DNA of 64,000 nucleotides from Octopus vulgaris (taxonomy: Eukaryota): assembly GCA_951406725.2 (NCBI GenBank), contig OX597819.1:44392001-44456000 (forward strand), in the 5' to 3' direction. A model generated the notes under the pieces. That model was not told where the DNA came from. It saw only the letters and a program-made list of their open reading frames with translations, and ran no database searches. The position numbers and the translations under genes are program-made. Each line of letters opens with the position of its first letter. Position 1 is the first letter of the stretch. Positions 1 through 15,017 of this stretch are shown here, piece by piece.

Positions 1-111
1 TATGGTTGTGATACATGTGCCTGGTTGGTCATGATGGGTGCACTGAGCTTCGTATATTTTACTCCAGTGTCACTTTCATGGCATACATTGCTCTCACATA
101 AAAATAATAAC

Positions 112-180
<69 letters not shown>

Positions 181-551
181 TAGTGTTAATAATAATAATC
201 TTGGTATAAAAGATGGGCTACAGCAAATATTCTGCTCAATACCAGACTTGCTTGTCAGTTGCTTGACCTTAACCGGTTGAGCATGTCTCTTGGTGGCTGA
301 CGATATGTGCATCTCTGATCACAAGCAGAAGTAGAGGGGAGCGTCATAGCCATGTGTTGAAAGGAATTCTTAGCGGTTTGGATAATTCACCTTTGGAAAC
401 ATGGGTGGTTCGTTCAGCATCCTTAAACAATCCTTATTCAGGGACCTTTTGAGCGGGATGGGCTACTCGATCAGAAGAAAATTCTAACTGGGCCCCACCT
501 GCAAGGTCATGCGCTGTTTATCTTGATATGAGATCATCATGTCGCACATAC
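1..551. repeat. Two partial copies (1-98 and 199-551) of a ~550-bp interspersed repeat, separated and followed by (AAT)n
   Basis: Reverse complement matches 60313-60862 and 60877-61350, e.g. GGCTACAGCAAATATTCTGCTCAATACC and GGGCCCCACCTGCAAGGTCATG. Confidence 0.85.
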
Positions 552-618
<67 letters not shown>

Positions 619-811
619 GAAAGAAGAAGAAGAAGAAGAAGAAGAAGAAGAAAAAGAAAAAGAAGGAGGATGAGGATAAGAAGAAGTGGGAGACGAAGAA
701 GAAGAAGAAGAAGAAGAAGAAGAAGAAGAAGAAGAAGAAGAAGAAGAAGAAGAAGAAGAAGAAGAAGAAGAAGAAGAAGAAGAAGAAGAAGAAGAAGAAG
801 AAGAAGAAGAA
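552..811. repeat. (AAT)n followed by (GAA)n microsatellite
   Basis: Directly visible; source of the poly-I/K/E/L ORFs. Confidence 0.97.
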
Positions 812-1111
812 TGCCCCTCTGATTTAAGCAGAAGGCCAACATTTTCAAGACGAGGGCGTAAATCAATATTATTGTTGACGTCAGTATTTTACTGGTTCTC
901 CATTTTAACGATCCTGAAACGATGAAAGGAAAATTTGACTATGGCATTATTTCAACTCAAAAGATAAAGAGCCAGAAGATGTGACATAAGGTATGTTTTC
1001 CAACTGCATTTAACCTACCAATCCACCTTATCCCACCAATACTCAGAGTTTCGTGTTACCGCTGTTTCATACGATTAAGGGTAATTAATAACAATGGACT
1101 TATATTAATGG

Positions 1112-1307
1112 TGGTATTAGGACAAAATCCCCCACACACCGAGGACAAAATTCCCTCGAAAACAAAATCCCCACTGACAAAGTTTACACAAAAATATCAA
1201 ATAATATATATTAACATTTTTTAAATAAAATTTCACCTTCCTAAAATAGTTTTTAACTGCTGGGTTTTGTCCGGGGTGGGTGTGAGGAGGATTTTATTCT
1301 AGTACTA
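1112..1307. mobile_element. Short MITE-like DNA element with imperfect TIRs and subterminal GGACAAAATCCC repeats
   Basis: Left end TGGTATTAGGACAAAATCCCCCACACACC versus right end GGGTGTGAGGAGGATTTTATTCTAGTACTA; internal (GG)ACAAAATYCC repeats. Confidence 0.5.
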
Positions 1308-2507
1308 TAAATGCTATAATATAAAATCTAACACTGAAAATACTTAAGATGTTTTACGTTTGGCAAGAGTTTAGATATTAAGCGAAGGATAAATGTCTTC
1401 GAGAAAGTTTTCGGCCAGCGAAGTATACATGGAAGAAGAAAGAGGAACAGAATATGAGGCACATGCAAAGGGATATAGGGTTATATATAACGAAAGAAAG
1501 AAATTGAAGTAGACTCTATGGTGATCCAAAATGACAGTCGATAAAATTAACCGATACATTACAGAGAAAGGGTATACTTATTAAAGAGGAGTGTGAAAGC
1601 AGATAAGAAAGTTTTGTATTTACGATTACGTAAATAATTGATGAAATGGATTAAATTCAGGGAAGCAGTTAAATGTATTTGAGTTGACAGAGTGTTAAAG
1701 AACAGGGTCTGAAGAGAGGAAAATAGATGTCAGGGTAAAATGAAAAATAAGGAGAAAATGAAAGAAGATAAAGTGAACTTGACCCGGTGAGACGCATGTA
1801 AGGAGAGAACAGCTGATTGATGTTTAAATAAAAGCGAAAAAGTGGCGTCAGTTTACTAATAGTTTTTAATCTCCTGCAATATATCTATGAAGATATCTTC
1901 TGCTACAATATTGCCGTTTACACAGAATACGGATTAGCAATGAGATCTCTAAATATTCATAAGATTGGATATTTATAGAACTTCAAGGAGCTTTAAAAAA
2001 AAACAAAAAAAAAACTTGCAGAATTTCAAAGAAATTTAGTCCATAAAATGGCAATATATTTAACCTTTAAACAGAATGAAATTCTTTAGAATAAAATTGT
2101 TATGGTGACGACGTTTAGAAAATTTTCATTTCTGTACTTCAACAAGTTCTAACAGTGACCAGAGTATTTTAAAGTGTATAGTTTCTGTATAAGTCAATAC
2201 TCAAGCACACTACGAAACACATACACGCATATATTTACATAAATACACATATACATATATACCTACCCTATCAAATATATGCTTTCTCTTAACCAGAATC
2301 TTTTCAACGCTGGTATAGACACGCAACAGACTTGGAGGTGTGGATCCAAGCGAAGGATTGAAATGAATTACTTTGTGGGTAGAAACACTCTGGATATTAT
2401 GTTGTCGCCGGTGTACAATTGTCAGTATTAGGTTTATATCAAGAGAATCAAAGCTAGGATAAACTAAAGCTTCATTACCTATAAAAGAGTATTAAGATAG
2501 ATCGAGA

Positions 2508-2568
<61 letters not shown>

Positions 2569-2642
2569 TTCGTTGAGACGGTAAAAATATATGCATACAC
2601 ACACGCATATTCACTGACATAGTCACACACATACATATGTAA

Positions 2643-2673
<31 letters not shown>

Positions 2674-4162
2674 TGTATGTATATATATATATATGTATGC
2701 ATGCGTGAATATATGTATATATACATACAGACATATATATTCATATATTCATATGTTTATGTGTATTTATATGCATATTTTATGTATATATTTTATGCAT
2801 ATTTTATGCATGTGTATATGTGTAAATCTATTTATATCTATATGTAAACGTATACATATGTGTCTGTGTGCGTGTATACATAGAGAGAGCTGTGTACATT
2901 TGTCTGTTTCACTGTGGACCTCGACGTATAGAGATATGCCCGTGCAGCTGAACGTAAAATACCACTGCTTAGATAGGCCTAATGAACGTAATGATGGCAA
3001 AGTGCCATCATTTTACTGTATTTTATTTTTTAATATGCGGAAGCATTATTATTTCCCTGTGCAATTGATAAAATATATTCATAGATACAACGAAAACTGA
3101 CGGTCCGTGTATCCTCTAAGGACTGAAGCCTATTCTAGAATGTTCAGTTATCAGTGGTTTTTTTCTATATTGATATTTAACATAATCATGGTTCTTATGA
3201 ATTATGTAGGTTAGTAGGTTGCACAATAGATTAGGAAATGCTTCGGATTTAGCATTTACAGAGAAACAACGGCCATTATTAGTGGAATAATAGGCATCTT
3301 AAAGGAAGCTTTTGATATGATGTGTAGTATAAATCAGTATATTTTCAATGAAGGCGCATACGTATGGTCTAGCGTTTGGGGATGTTGAAATGATGAGCGT
3401 ATGTATGCGAGATCGGTTTGTGGAACGGACGTCACATATTGATCCTGAGCGAGGCACATAATTTCAGTTTAGGTAACTGAAAATGTGTACTAGAGAAATG
3501 CTGATACAGCTCTCCCTTCTAGAGTCACATCTGCTATATTCCGCTGGAGCAAGTGCGAGAGGCCTGATGATAAATCTGTGACCGCACGCAACTACAAAGA
3601 CAATCATAGTACATGTTACCTGGCCATACTGGCTCCTGAGTGACGGATGACTGTACTGTTCTGTATTATCTATTCCCAGGCCATATTCAACTAAATATAT
3701 ACTCGAAATCATTTAAATTCACATTTCCGTATATATTTTTGTTGCATTTCAGCTGCTATTTTGCACATCTGATTACATTATTCCACGATGTCCATATCTG
3801 AGACAGTCAAGTGTGATAAATAGAGATATTTAATTGCTATTTCTAACAGGTAAAGGTGCAATTATTGCAGAGATTGCTTTAATCATTTTCCTATTCAGAC
3901 AAGAGTTACAGGCACATGGTTGTATCTATTTGCTTTCTACTATAATTATATTTGTATTTTATAGACTTCGTGCTTCACTTTTCTTTCAGAAGTCAGTGAA
4001 TGTGCTTAGGTTGTGTTTTTGTAGTTGTCGTTGTTTTTAAACACCATACTCTCAGCAAAATCTTCCTTAAAGATCGTACAACCTTTCAAAAATAAAGCAA
4101 GGGACAACAAACTCGATGAAAAATTTTATACGCTTAGTTACTGATTCAGAATGACTTTCACT

Positions 4163-4397
4163 TACTCTTCTACTCTTTTACTTGTCTCAGTCATTCGACT
4201 ATGGCCGTGCTGGAGCACCGCCTTTAGTCGAGCAAATCGACCCCAAGACTTATTCTTTGTAAGCCTAGTACTTATTCTATCGGTATCTCTTACCGAACCG
4301 CTAAGTTATGGACGTAAACACACCACCATCGGTTGTCAAGCGATGTTAGGGGAGGGGACAAACACATACACACAAAAATGCATACACACATACATAG

Positions 4398-4442
<45 letters not shown>

Positions 4443-4609
4443 ATATATACGACGGGCTTATTTCAATTGCCGTCTACCAAAGTTCACAAAACTTCGGTCG
4501 GCCCGAGGCTATAGTAGAAGACACTTGCCCAAGGTGCCACGCAGTGGAACTGAACCCGGAACCATGTGGTTGGTAAGCAAGCTACTTACCACACAGCCAC
4601 TCCTACGTC
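4163..4609 (-). mobile_element. tRNA-derived SINE, family A (CORE-like block, internal TA/CA microsatellite, LINE-like tail)
   Basis: Minus strand reads A-box TGGCTGTGTGG, B-box GGTTCAGTTCC, then GGCACCTTGGGCAAGTG and tail CCAGCACGGCC...GACTGAGACAAGTAAAAGAG. Homologous to 34444-34906. Confidence 0.85.
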
Positions 4610-5117
4610 TAACTTGTTTATTTCGTTAATGTAGTTGCTGAATAATTCACTCTCCACGTCACTTACTTTTCCCTCTTAGTTTCCTTCCGGTAGCAGAGCA
4701 CCATAATAGCTTCAACTTATCTTTTAAAATGGTCATCATAGGGTGGGAGAACTAATTAATAGCCAAGTGGCTATTAAAATTCAATAAAAAAATTCCAAAA
4801 TATTCAATTTCATCTTATACTGGTTTCAGCCAATGGTCCGTGACCATAATGCAGAACCATCTTCAAATTAATTTTATTCTTTATCTTTTAGTAATTCATA
4901 TCAACATAAATAATTAGCAAGGTGGAGATAAAATGAGACTGAATACTGACATCGCAAAACCAATTCACATTTAGAAGGTATTCATTGCTTTATAATTAAA
5001 ATTAAATGCATACACATCGAAAAACAGTCAGACACGTAATCACTCATACACACACACAAATATATATAATATATGCATGCATACATGATATATTCATAAG
5101 ATATACGTGCATATATG

Positions 5118-5156
<39 letters not shown>

Positions 5157-5341
5157 ATATATGCAATTACGTGAATCGTTGGCGATTCTCTTCCGCTGTC
5201 TTCCACTCTATTAGACTTTCCACTGTTTCCGAAGGAGAGCGTCTGCTAATACTTTACATACTTTACATATATTTCGTCCTCGCGTGTTTTATTTTGTGTT
5301 TTTTCTTCTTTTGGGGATTTACTATAACATACATACATAAA

Positions 5342-5393
<52 letters not shown>

Positions 5394-5434
5394 TATATAC
5401 ACATATATGTACATATATATACATACATACATAT

Positions 5435-5478
<44 letters not shown>

Positions 5479-5541
5479 ATGAATAGATACATATATAAAT
5501 AGATAAATATATAAATATGTCTGTGTAAATATATCCATATA

Positions 5542-5585
<44 letters not shown>

Positions 5586-5591
5586 CATACA

Positions 5592-5668
<77 letters not shown>

Positions 5669-5730
5669 CGATGGCTGGTCCCGCTTATATTACAGAGCAG
5701 TTACTGTTTATACCTCGCTTAGAGATTTAT

Positions 5731-5768
<38 letters not shown>

Positions 5769-5871
5769 ACAATAATAACAAAGGGTGAAATTAATTAATT
5801 AAGAAGTAATCAATAATTTCACCAAGTAGAATTCGGCATGAAAAAAGACCATTTCATGGTGAGTTTGAGTA

Positions 5872-6404
5872 ATACTATATAATTAGGGTTCAGCAACGAT
5901 TTGCTTTACCACACACCGAAGTTTAGAAATAGCAGTCAAAACATCTTACCTATTCCTTCTACTTTAAAGGGAGTTCCCAGAAAAACTAAAGCACTTGAAA
6001 ACAAACCACGCTGGCAAAAGGGAAAAAAATGACGAGAATCATTCTATATTAGGTTACCTACGGATGCGCGTTTCGGAATTAAGTCAGCATAAAGCATAAA
6101 TAATAAATAAATTATAGTTGAGTAATCCTACGCTGAGAAGACGAAAATAGTTGGGTAAGGTATAATTATTTATTATTTATGCTTTATGCTGACTTAATTC
6201 CGAAACGCGCGTCCGTAGGTAACCTAATACAGAATCATTCTCGTCATTTTTTTCCCTTTTGCCTGCGTGGTTTGTTTTCAAGTGCTTTGGTTTTTCTGGG
6301 AACTCCCTTTCAAGTAGAAGGAATAGGTAAAATTTTTTGACTGCTATTTCTAAACTTCGGTGTGTGGTGAAGCAAATCGTTGCTGAACCCTAATTATATA
6401 GTAT
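5872..6404. mobile_element. Fold-back element (~245-bp inverted arms, 44-bp spacer) within (TA)n; PLE pseudo-LTR-like
   Basis: 5872-6116 is the reverse complement of 6161-6404 with a few mismatches. The outer part is homologous to 25680-25745. It contains a hammerhead-like motif at 6127-6219. Confidence 0.8.
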
Positions 6405-6949
6405 ATGTATATATATAAGGTTAATCCAAACGAGAAAACAGAAAAAACAACAACACAAGGAGGTGGAACAATTAAAGTATTATTATTAGGCGCTCAGAAA
6501 AAAGGGAAGAAGGAGGATATATATATATATATATATATAGGTGTGTGTATATGTAAGTATTTGTGTATACATAAATGTGTGTGTGTGTATTTGTGGGTTT
6601 ATATATGCGTTTCATTAAAACACGACTATGTCACAGTTTCATTTTTTATTGCTGATTTTTCATAATTCCATATCGGTTTTTGCACTTAGTGAGAGACCTA
6701 CATTCAACAATTACAGATCTTCAAAGGATCATCTTCATGAATTCAATAGATTTCGTTTCTGTAGTGTGTTTATTTTGTTTTATTTTTTTCGATACTGGTC
6801 GAGTTTTGATAAACTTTGCCGTCGAACGTATTTTAACTGTTAGAATTCCAGGTCAGCAGTCATCTCTTAATATTTTTTCGCCAATTTCAGGATTTGCTGT
6901 TTAAATTTTGAGCATTAATCTTTTATTTCAGCATCTTCGTGTTCATTTT

Positions 6950-7520
6950 TCTATGTACTTGATACCAGCTGTTTATTTCTTTGTGGTGATGGTAATGTTT
7001 GTTCCGGGATTAATCGTCATATTTTTGTAAGGAATTTTATATAATGGGTAAATTCTATCCACTTCTATTTTTCGAAATTCGTTTATTTGTGTGTGATATG
7101 TGATCACTATGTATAAATGTGTGGTGAGCCTACGAGAGAATTCACCAGTATAAAAATTATAACAGTTGGAGTCGTGAAGCTTACAACTTTTGGTTTTACA
7201 ATTAAATTTGTATATTACATTGTACATTAAATTAGAAGCGTGGTCTCTGGTTTAAATGCTTGTGGTTTCTTATTGAAAGGGTTTTATCAGTTTAGCTGAT
7301 ATTTTATCTCATATTATTAACTTAATTTATGACCAGATATGATGCATTTTGTGGTTCGTATCAGGAAGTGAGAGTTTACGTTGAACCTAGCGGTCAGAAA
7401 GCATTTGGCGATAAAATGTACAAGAATGTGAATACTATCAACGAAGAAATAAAGAAGCCAAATTTATTTTATATCCTAAAGATGGGACTCTGGAGGTTTC
7501 GAAATGTTGCGTATAAATCT
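6950..7520 (-). pseudogene. Decayed Penelope-like element fragment (GIY-YIG endonuclease region)
   Basis: ORF 6973-7227 reads NVIYKFNC...C...Y.G..SRRLTTH, matching the PLE GIY-YIG pattern NVVY.F.C..C...YIG.T...L..RL..H. Boundaries are approximate. Confidence 0.45.
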
Positions 7521-7850
7521 TGTAACTTCATAGCTCCTAAATGATAAAAAAAAAATCTGAAATATGTACGGTAATATGAAAAGATTGTAACAAAACAGAT
7601 AAAACTGAAACGTATGTTTTAATGAAACGCAAAAAAGTAAAGAAGTTCTCCATATATAACAATATATTCGTATATAGAATAGCTTACACGCACATTTACA
7701 TATACATACATGTATATATATATATATATACATGTACATAGATATATCTATACCTATATGTCTGTATTTTATATACTTACATAGATACCTACCTACCTAC
7801 CTACATACATACATACGTACACAGACGCATATGCATATATATATATATGC

Positions 7851-7905
<55 letters not shown>

Positions 7906-8059
7906 TATATATATATATATATATACATACATATACATATATCTATATCTATGTGCCTATGTATTTTATACATACAAAGATGCCTACTTACCTACGTACA
8001 TGCCACTAACCTACCTATATATAGATACATTCATACACACATGCTTACACACATACATA

Positions 8060-8131
8060 CATGCGTACATACATACATAATATATACATACATACATACA
8101 TAATACATACATACATACATACATACATACA

Positions 8132-8164
<33 letters not shown>

Positions 8165-8620
8165 GCATACATACATACATATATGCATACATACATACGT
8201 ACATCTTTCTCTATTGGCAAGAAATCTTGAAATAAAACTGGACAATGACGTACAAGCGTCTAGTCATACATACATATATATACATGTGTACGTACATACA
8301 TTCATACATACATACATACATACATACATACATACATACATACATAAATACATACATACATACATACATTCATACATACATACATACATACATACATAAA
8401 TACATACATACATACATACATACATTCATACATACATACATATATACATACATACATAAATACATACATACATACATACATACATTCATACATACATACA
8501 TACATACATACATAAATACATACATACATACATACATTCATTCATACATACATACATACATACATACATACATACATACATACATACATACATACATACA
8601 TACATACATACATACATACA

Positions 8621-8654
<34 letters not shown>

Positions 8655-8720
8655 CATATATACATTCATAAATACATACACACACATACATGTATACGTG
8701 CATACATACAGACATTCATA
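8060..8720. repeat. Long (CATA)n tetranucleotide array with periodic variants
   Basis: Directly visible; source of the HTYI/MYVC ORFs. Confidence 0.95.
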
Positions 8721-9273
8721 CATATTCGAGTGTGACAGGAAGATATGAGAATAACAATGTTGCGACACATAAGCTCAACAGATATCAACAGCGTTTTTTT
8801 TTTTCTCGTATGTTCTTTTTTTTTTTTACAGCGAAACACGCTCGTGTGCACACACAGTACTGTATTTACATATGTTTACGTGTGTGTGTGTGTGTGTGAG
8901 AGAGAGGGCTGTTTGGTGAGTGTATACGCATGTGTATGTGTGCATATGTATTCAATTAGAGATATAGATACTTACATTGTTTGCTGAACCAGCAGGAGCC
9001 AGCAACATTGTAAAAAAAAAAAAATATGCTGAAAAAAATTCATCACAATATGGATGCCGAAATCTACGTAAAACATTAACCAAGCAGACTGAGATTTATA
9101 AAAAGACATTATTTAAATGACTTTTCTTTTGCAATGTGGAGATTATTAAAACAGCAAGCATACAAATACACCCACACACACTATACGTAATTATAAGTAT
9201 GTATATATACATTTATAAGCATTTGTGTATGTATATATATATATATATATATGCATTTGTATATATATATATA

Positions 9274-9322
<49 letters not shown>

Positions 9323-9794
9323 CTACATATATACATATATGTATATATATGTGTATATATATATGTATGTAAAAATATATATGTATATATATACACGTAT
9401 GTTTATATACATATACATATGTTTATATATATATATATACATATATATATATGTTTATATATATATACATACATACACACACACATACACACACACACAT
9501 ATATATATACACTTATATACATTTATATATGTATATAGATAAGATAGATATATAAATGTGTGTGTTACTACACGTGTATGCATATATGCTAACAGCCCAC
9601 CTGTTTTCAGACTACATACAGATAGTATAGTACTTAAACACACACACAAACACACATACATACAATATATACAATATATTGTATATATATATTTATGTAT
9701 ATAATACATACTCGTATATAGATGTATACATACATATACACGCATATATATAAATATATTTATATATATATATATGTACACACACACTCACACA

Positions 9795-9830
<36 letters not shown>

Positions 9831-10173
9831 CGGATAATCTGGAACATGGTGTACTTTATTAAAATATTGGTATCTCTGACATGCATAGACATATAAAAAA
9901 TAAACCACCGAGCACCTACTTTAGAAGAAACGAAGACACTGATATATACCTATGTATATAATATAATAAGTATATATTTATTGGCTACTACTTTTAAGCA
10001 TGCGCAGTAAACACCTTAAGTACGTACGTACCCATCACTATATGTCTGACTATACTACTCTGGTTTCCTATATGTATCTAAATATATATATATGTATATA
10101 TAGATATACATATATGTGTGTGTGTGTGTGCGTGTGCGTATGCGCGCACGCGTGTGCATATATGTATATGTGC

Positions 10174-10206
<33 letters not shown>

Positions 10207-10262
10207 TAAAATAATTGAGGTCGCTAGACGCAATTTAGAACCAAAAATTATTTCCTTTCTGG

Positions 10263-10301
<39 letters not shown>

Positions 10302-10439
10302 TGTATGTGTGTGTATGGGTGGTTGTATGTATGTATGTATGTATGTATGTATGTATGTATGTATGTATGTATATATGTATGTATGTGTGTGTGTATGTAT
10401 GTATGTATGTATGTATGTATACGTATATACATACATATC

Positions 10440-10650
10440 CTTTCTATTATAGGCATAAGGCCAAAAGCTTTTGTGGAGGGGGCCTAATCGATTACATCGA
10501 GCCTAATACATGAATAGCGCTTATTTTATCGATCCCGAAAGAATGAAAGGCAAAATCGACCTCGGTGGAATTTGAACTCAGAACATAAAGATGGACGAAA
10601 TGTCGCTAAGCATTTCATCCGACTTGATAATGATTCTGGCACGCCACCAT
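10440..10650 (-). mobile_element. tRNA-derived SINE, family B (central block resembling the Meta/MESC domain)
   Basis: Minus strand reads GAGTTCAAATTCC (B-box) then GAGGTCGATTTTGCCTTTCATTCTTTCGGGATCGATAAAATAAG. Homologous to 28256-28489 and 48604-49010. The domain name is from recall. Confidence 0.75.
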
Positions 10651-10855
10651 TTATATATATATATAGGTAGTCCCGATAAAGTCTACACAGGTCGAGACTT
10701 CGAAGTTGCCGTGAAGACTAACCTGATAAAAAATAGATCTTCTAAAAAATGTATTGAGTAATACTTCAGTGTAATATAATATTGTCTTTATAACTTGACA
10801 CAAAACCACAAAACCAGATTCATATTTATATATATATAGAGAGAGGGATATATAT

Positions 10856-10936
<81 letters not shown>

Positions 10937-11534
10937 CATATACATACATTTATATATATATGTAAATATATATACACATACATATGTATATGTGTGTGTA
11001 TAAATTGATATCTGTCTGTTTACCTATCTCTCTATCAACTTATCAATCAATCTCTCTCCGTCTCTTTCTCTCTCTCTGTCTATATACATATAATATACAT
11101 ATAATATATATATATATATATACATATCGATATATACATACACGTACGCACACAAACGCGCGCGCACACACACACACACATATAGTATATATGGATACAT
11201 GTATGTGCGTAGATATATCGAGAGAAATAAAGGAGAGAGGAGAGAGGCGATATATGTCAACATGTACATGTATATATTCATATGTAAAGTTACTTTTATT
11301 TTGTTTGTGATCAAATATGATGAAAATGTATATACACGTTTGTATGTATTATGTTAAACGTGCATGCATATATTAAATGTGATATACATGAGATACTCTT
11401 ATAGGATAATATAATTATATCTGAACATATTTATATATTCATATACACACAAATGTATATTTGATAATGCGCAGGGAAACGTGTATGCAGACCTCCGTAC
11501 ACATACATACAGGTATATCTAAGTGTGTATTTAG

Positions 11535-11579
<45 letters not shown>

Positions 11580-11837
11580 TACATTATATTTTTATCAGGT
11601 TGTTGATATACTTTTGTTGCAAATCTTAAATCTCTCACTTTGTTTCTATCTCTTCCATATATATACATTTGTTTGTGTGTCAATGTATAAACATACAAAC
11701 ATAGCCATACACACATACTCACATACATACATACATATATATACATATGTACATACATATATGCATACATACATACATATATGCATATATATGTACACAC
11801 ACACACATATATATACATACACACAGAGATACATAGA

Positions 11838-11875
<38 letters not shown>

Positions 11876-12829
11876 CATATATATATACGTATACACATAC
11901 ACACACACACACTTTCTGTCAAACTAGTGACGACACAGGTGCTGACTGAAATTGCAACAGGACTAACGTGATACACTTCACCATAACAGCTGCTGTATAA
12001 GATGTACTATTATCTCTACGTATTATGCCAGGAAAAAAAAATGGACATTTCCACCGAAAAATAGCATCGTGGTCAAAAGTGCTTAATGGAGTTCTTCATT
12101 CTTCTTTTGTGCGTTTTATTGAAAAAATGTGAAAGGCTTCTGAAGTACATATTTCTGCAGTACAATGTGTGTTTGAATCTGCTGCGGTAACTGAGGCGAT
12201 TGACTCATTTCATTTGCAAATATCACTATTATTAAGAATCTTGCAAATCAAATCCAAAAACGAAATGCAAAAGAAATGTTATTACTATGTCGTGAATAAT
12301 TACTTATGAGTATTTTTTTTTTTACAAGTATTGGATGCAAAAGGAAACTTCAAACTCATGTATTTTTGGGAGGACTTTTATGAGCTCTCTATGAATTATG
12401 AATCTTGTTGAAATATAGAATTTCGAAAATACATGTACAGTAATGTAAATTCACGGAGTTAGGAATATAAATATGAATTCGCTGTATATAATATGCAGAA
12501 GAACAAAACAGGTTGACTCTATATGGCTGCTCAGTTTTCTGGAAATGACTAATTTTCTTTAGATTATACTCTACCTTTATAAGAATAAAACCAGCGCAAT
12601 GTTCGACACATGAGGAGAAATGATAGGGCCATGTCTTGTGTGATTTCTGATCGTAAAGCTGCATGTCCATGGCTGTCGTGGGTCTTACTATACCACTTCT
12701 TAACCACTCGATCACATTATACTACTTCTTAAAAACTTGGTCATTCTACACTACTTCTTATCACACTGCTTAACGACTTGACCTTACTATATGCCTGTAA
12801 AAGATAGACTCACACAGAAGTCAAGGCAG

Positions 12830-14220
12830 TTCAGCCTAAGTTCATCTAAAGCATTGCATAATGACTACAACCCAACTTCCTTTCCAATCCTAAATGTATG
12901 CTGAGAGCGGGATGACTTGGAATCAGTTATGAGAAGGGCTATATGGTTGATCCAATGGGATCGCAATGCAGCTGAACACAACTGGTTCCGCCACATCTTG
13001 AATAAAGTAGTCTGCAATTTCAACTAGGTCGCTGTTGAGCACCCACCATTCAATCTTGAATTCCTCCCTTCTAAATACCGCAGACGTTGCTGGACAATTT
13101 ACCAGTATTAGCTACATCTATATCAGAAACATGACAAGTACTTGAAGCACACTTTTACAGTGTGTTTCCTAATGGGTAAAAAAAAGGGAAGGTGTTCCAC
13201 TGTTAGACATATCTATTGGGGAGATACGAACAGGCTGAACTCACTGACTTCGTTGATTATTTATTCAAGGCAATTTAAAAGTCATACATACCACACAGTG
13301 CGGATCTGGTAATCTGAAAACATGAATGGCCCCTTCTCGAATCGTCTTCCTGGACGTAACCTCAGACCTCGAGACAGGCAAGCTCTACGCTTACAGAAAG
13401 CCTAGCGAAAAAAATGTTTATTGTCATTGACATCTCAACCGCCCTAGCTTGTAATAAGAAACCTAGCCACAGGTATATTCTGAAGGATTTCCAAACAATT
13501 GGCGGACAGGAAAATCTTTAACAAAGCTGTTTACAAATATATAACAAGACTCTAACATGGAGTGATTTTACCGATAAGTTAGTGTATACAAAGTCACCTT
13601 GATCCCGATATCAAACACAAATAAAATTAGAGACAGGTAATCTGGCTTGAACGAGACTCAATCTAAATGTTTCCACTTATAAGCTTTTCATGACGTTAAT
13701 TAAAAATGCATTTCTCAGCAACACAAATATTATAAGCTCTTTAATTTCCATTACGTGAATGTCAGCTAATAATGCTCAGATAATATCACTTACAGCATTG
13801 CATGCTACAATAGGCGTAAGTAGGCACCCACATAACCTTCACTCCTGACCCCAATATGCAATTGCTGTAATATTACAAACTGCCCATTAAAAGAATCCTG
13901 TGTTTCAAGGGCTGTAATCAATAGAGCCAGATTTACACAAACCGATGTTTTCATAAAACATGGACATGAGTGCAAGGCTTTGCAGCCACGGAAGTTTCAC
14001 GGAACACATGCACTCATTTAAGTGTTGGAACACAGAAAATTCCATTTCACAGCCATGCTCTGTCTGAGGACGCCAGGACTATCAAAACGACTACCCTCAA
14101 AATATTTGGAGCATTCTTGTCAGGCTTCATTCTTACCTACCTAAAACTTGTGATTCTCAACTTCGTCTTTGGAAAACTGCACGTACTTAACAAAGGCACC
14201 AGCGTCACAGTATCCATGAT
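12830..14220 (+). pseudogene. Heavily decayed Penelope-like retroelement (RT C-terminus plus GIY-YIG endonuclease)
   Basis: Frame-broken motifs occur in PLE order: RQVIWLN (IIWFNPP-like, ~13630), HKYYKLFN...VNVS (~13720), CNC...CPL...C...AVI.RA (~13857-13930), EHMHSF, IWSIL, LNK. Many stops and frameshifts. Confidence 0.65.
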
Positions 14221-14897
14221 TATATAAAATAATTGATACGCACGTGCGCGCACGCATACACGCACATATGCGCGCGCCTGCTCACACACAAAAGCAAATA
14301 TATATATATATATATTTGTTGACATGGACATTTTATAAACTTTTGAGAAAACGTGAAATAATTCTTTTTGGAAACTGTGGAGCTCAAAACGTACAAAACC
14401 AATAAATAAGAGCGTGTAAATATTGCTTTCACACGCAAACACACACACACACCCCACAAGTACACACACACACACACATCTATGTACGTATGTATGCATA
14501 AAAGAGCATATTTCAAAACTTCTTTCTTATATTCAACCAGCTCATTTGACACAAAAATGCAAATAACATCAACCACATAACCATTTATTTCATAATCAAA
14601 ATAGGTAATTAATTATTCCAATGGGATGATTAAATCATTTCATGAGGAAATATAATTGAAATAGGAAAGCAAAAGAACGTTGTCGTTTTAAATGACATAC
14701 ACATTGGAATAATGACGCACTTGTTTTAAACGTGTTAAAACTTAGAGATTTTAAAATCCATTGGAGAGATCTATATAGGGATTTTGCTAAAATTCATATA
14801 TATGCACACATATATATATACGAGCATGCTTATAGACACGCACACATGTATAACCAGGCATGTATATATGTATAAGCATGCTTATACATATGTATGT

Positions 14898-14931
<34 letters not shown>

Positions 14932-14963
14932 ACGTATGTATGTATAAATATACATGTATATAA

Positions 14964-15014
<51 letters not shown>

Positions 15015-15017
<3 letters not shown>

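Noticed and set aside
1340-1800. Possible very old LINE 3' remnant on the minus strand
   Set aside because: Only a vague resemblance, with no diagnostic motif I can support.
7700-11900. Many YI/HT/VC-repeat ORFs here and throughout the window
   Set aside because: They are translations of (TA)n, (CA)n and (CATA)n, with no coding signal.
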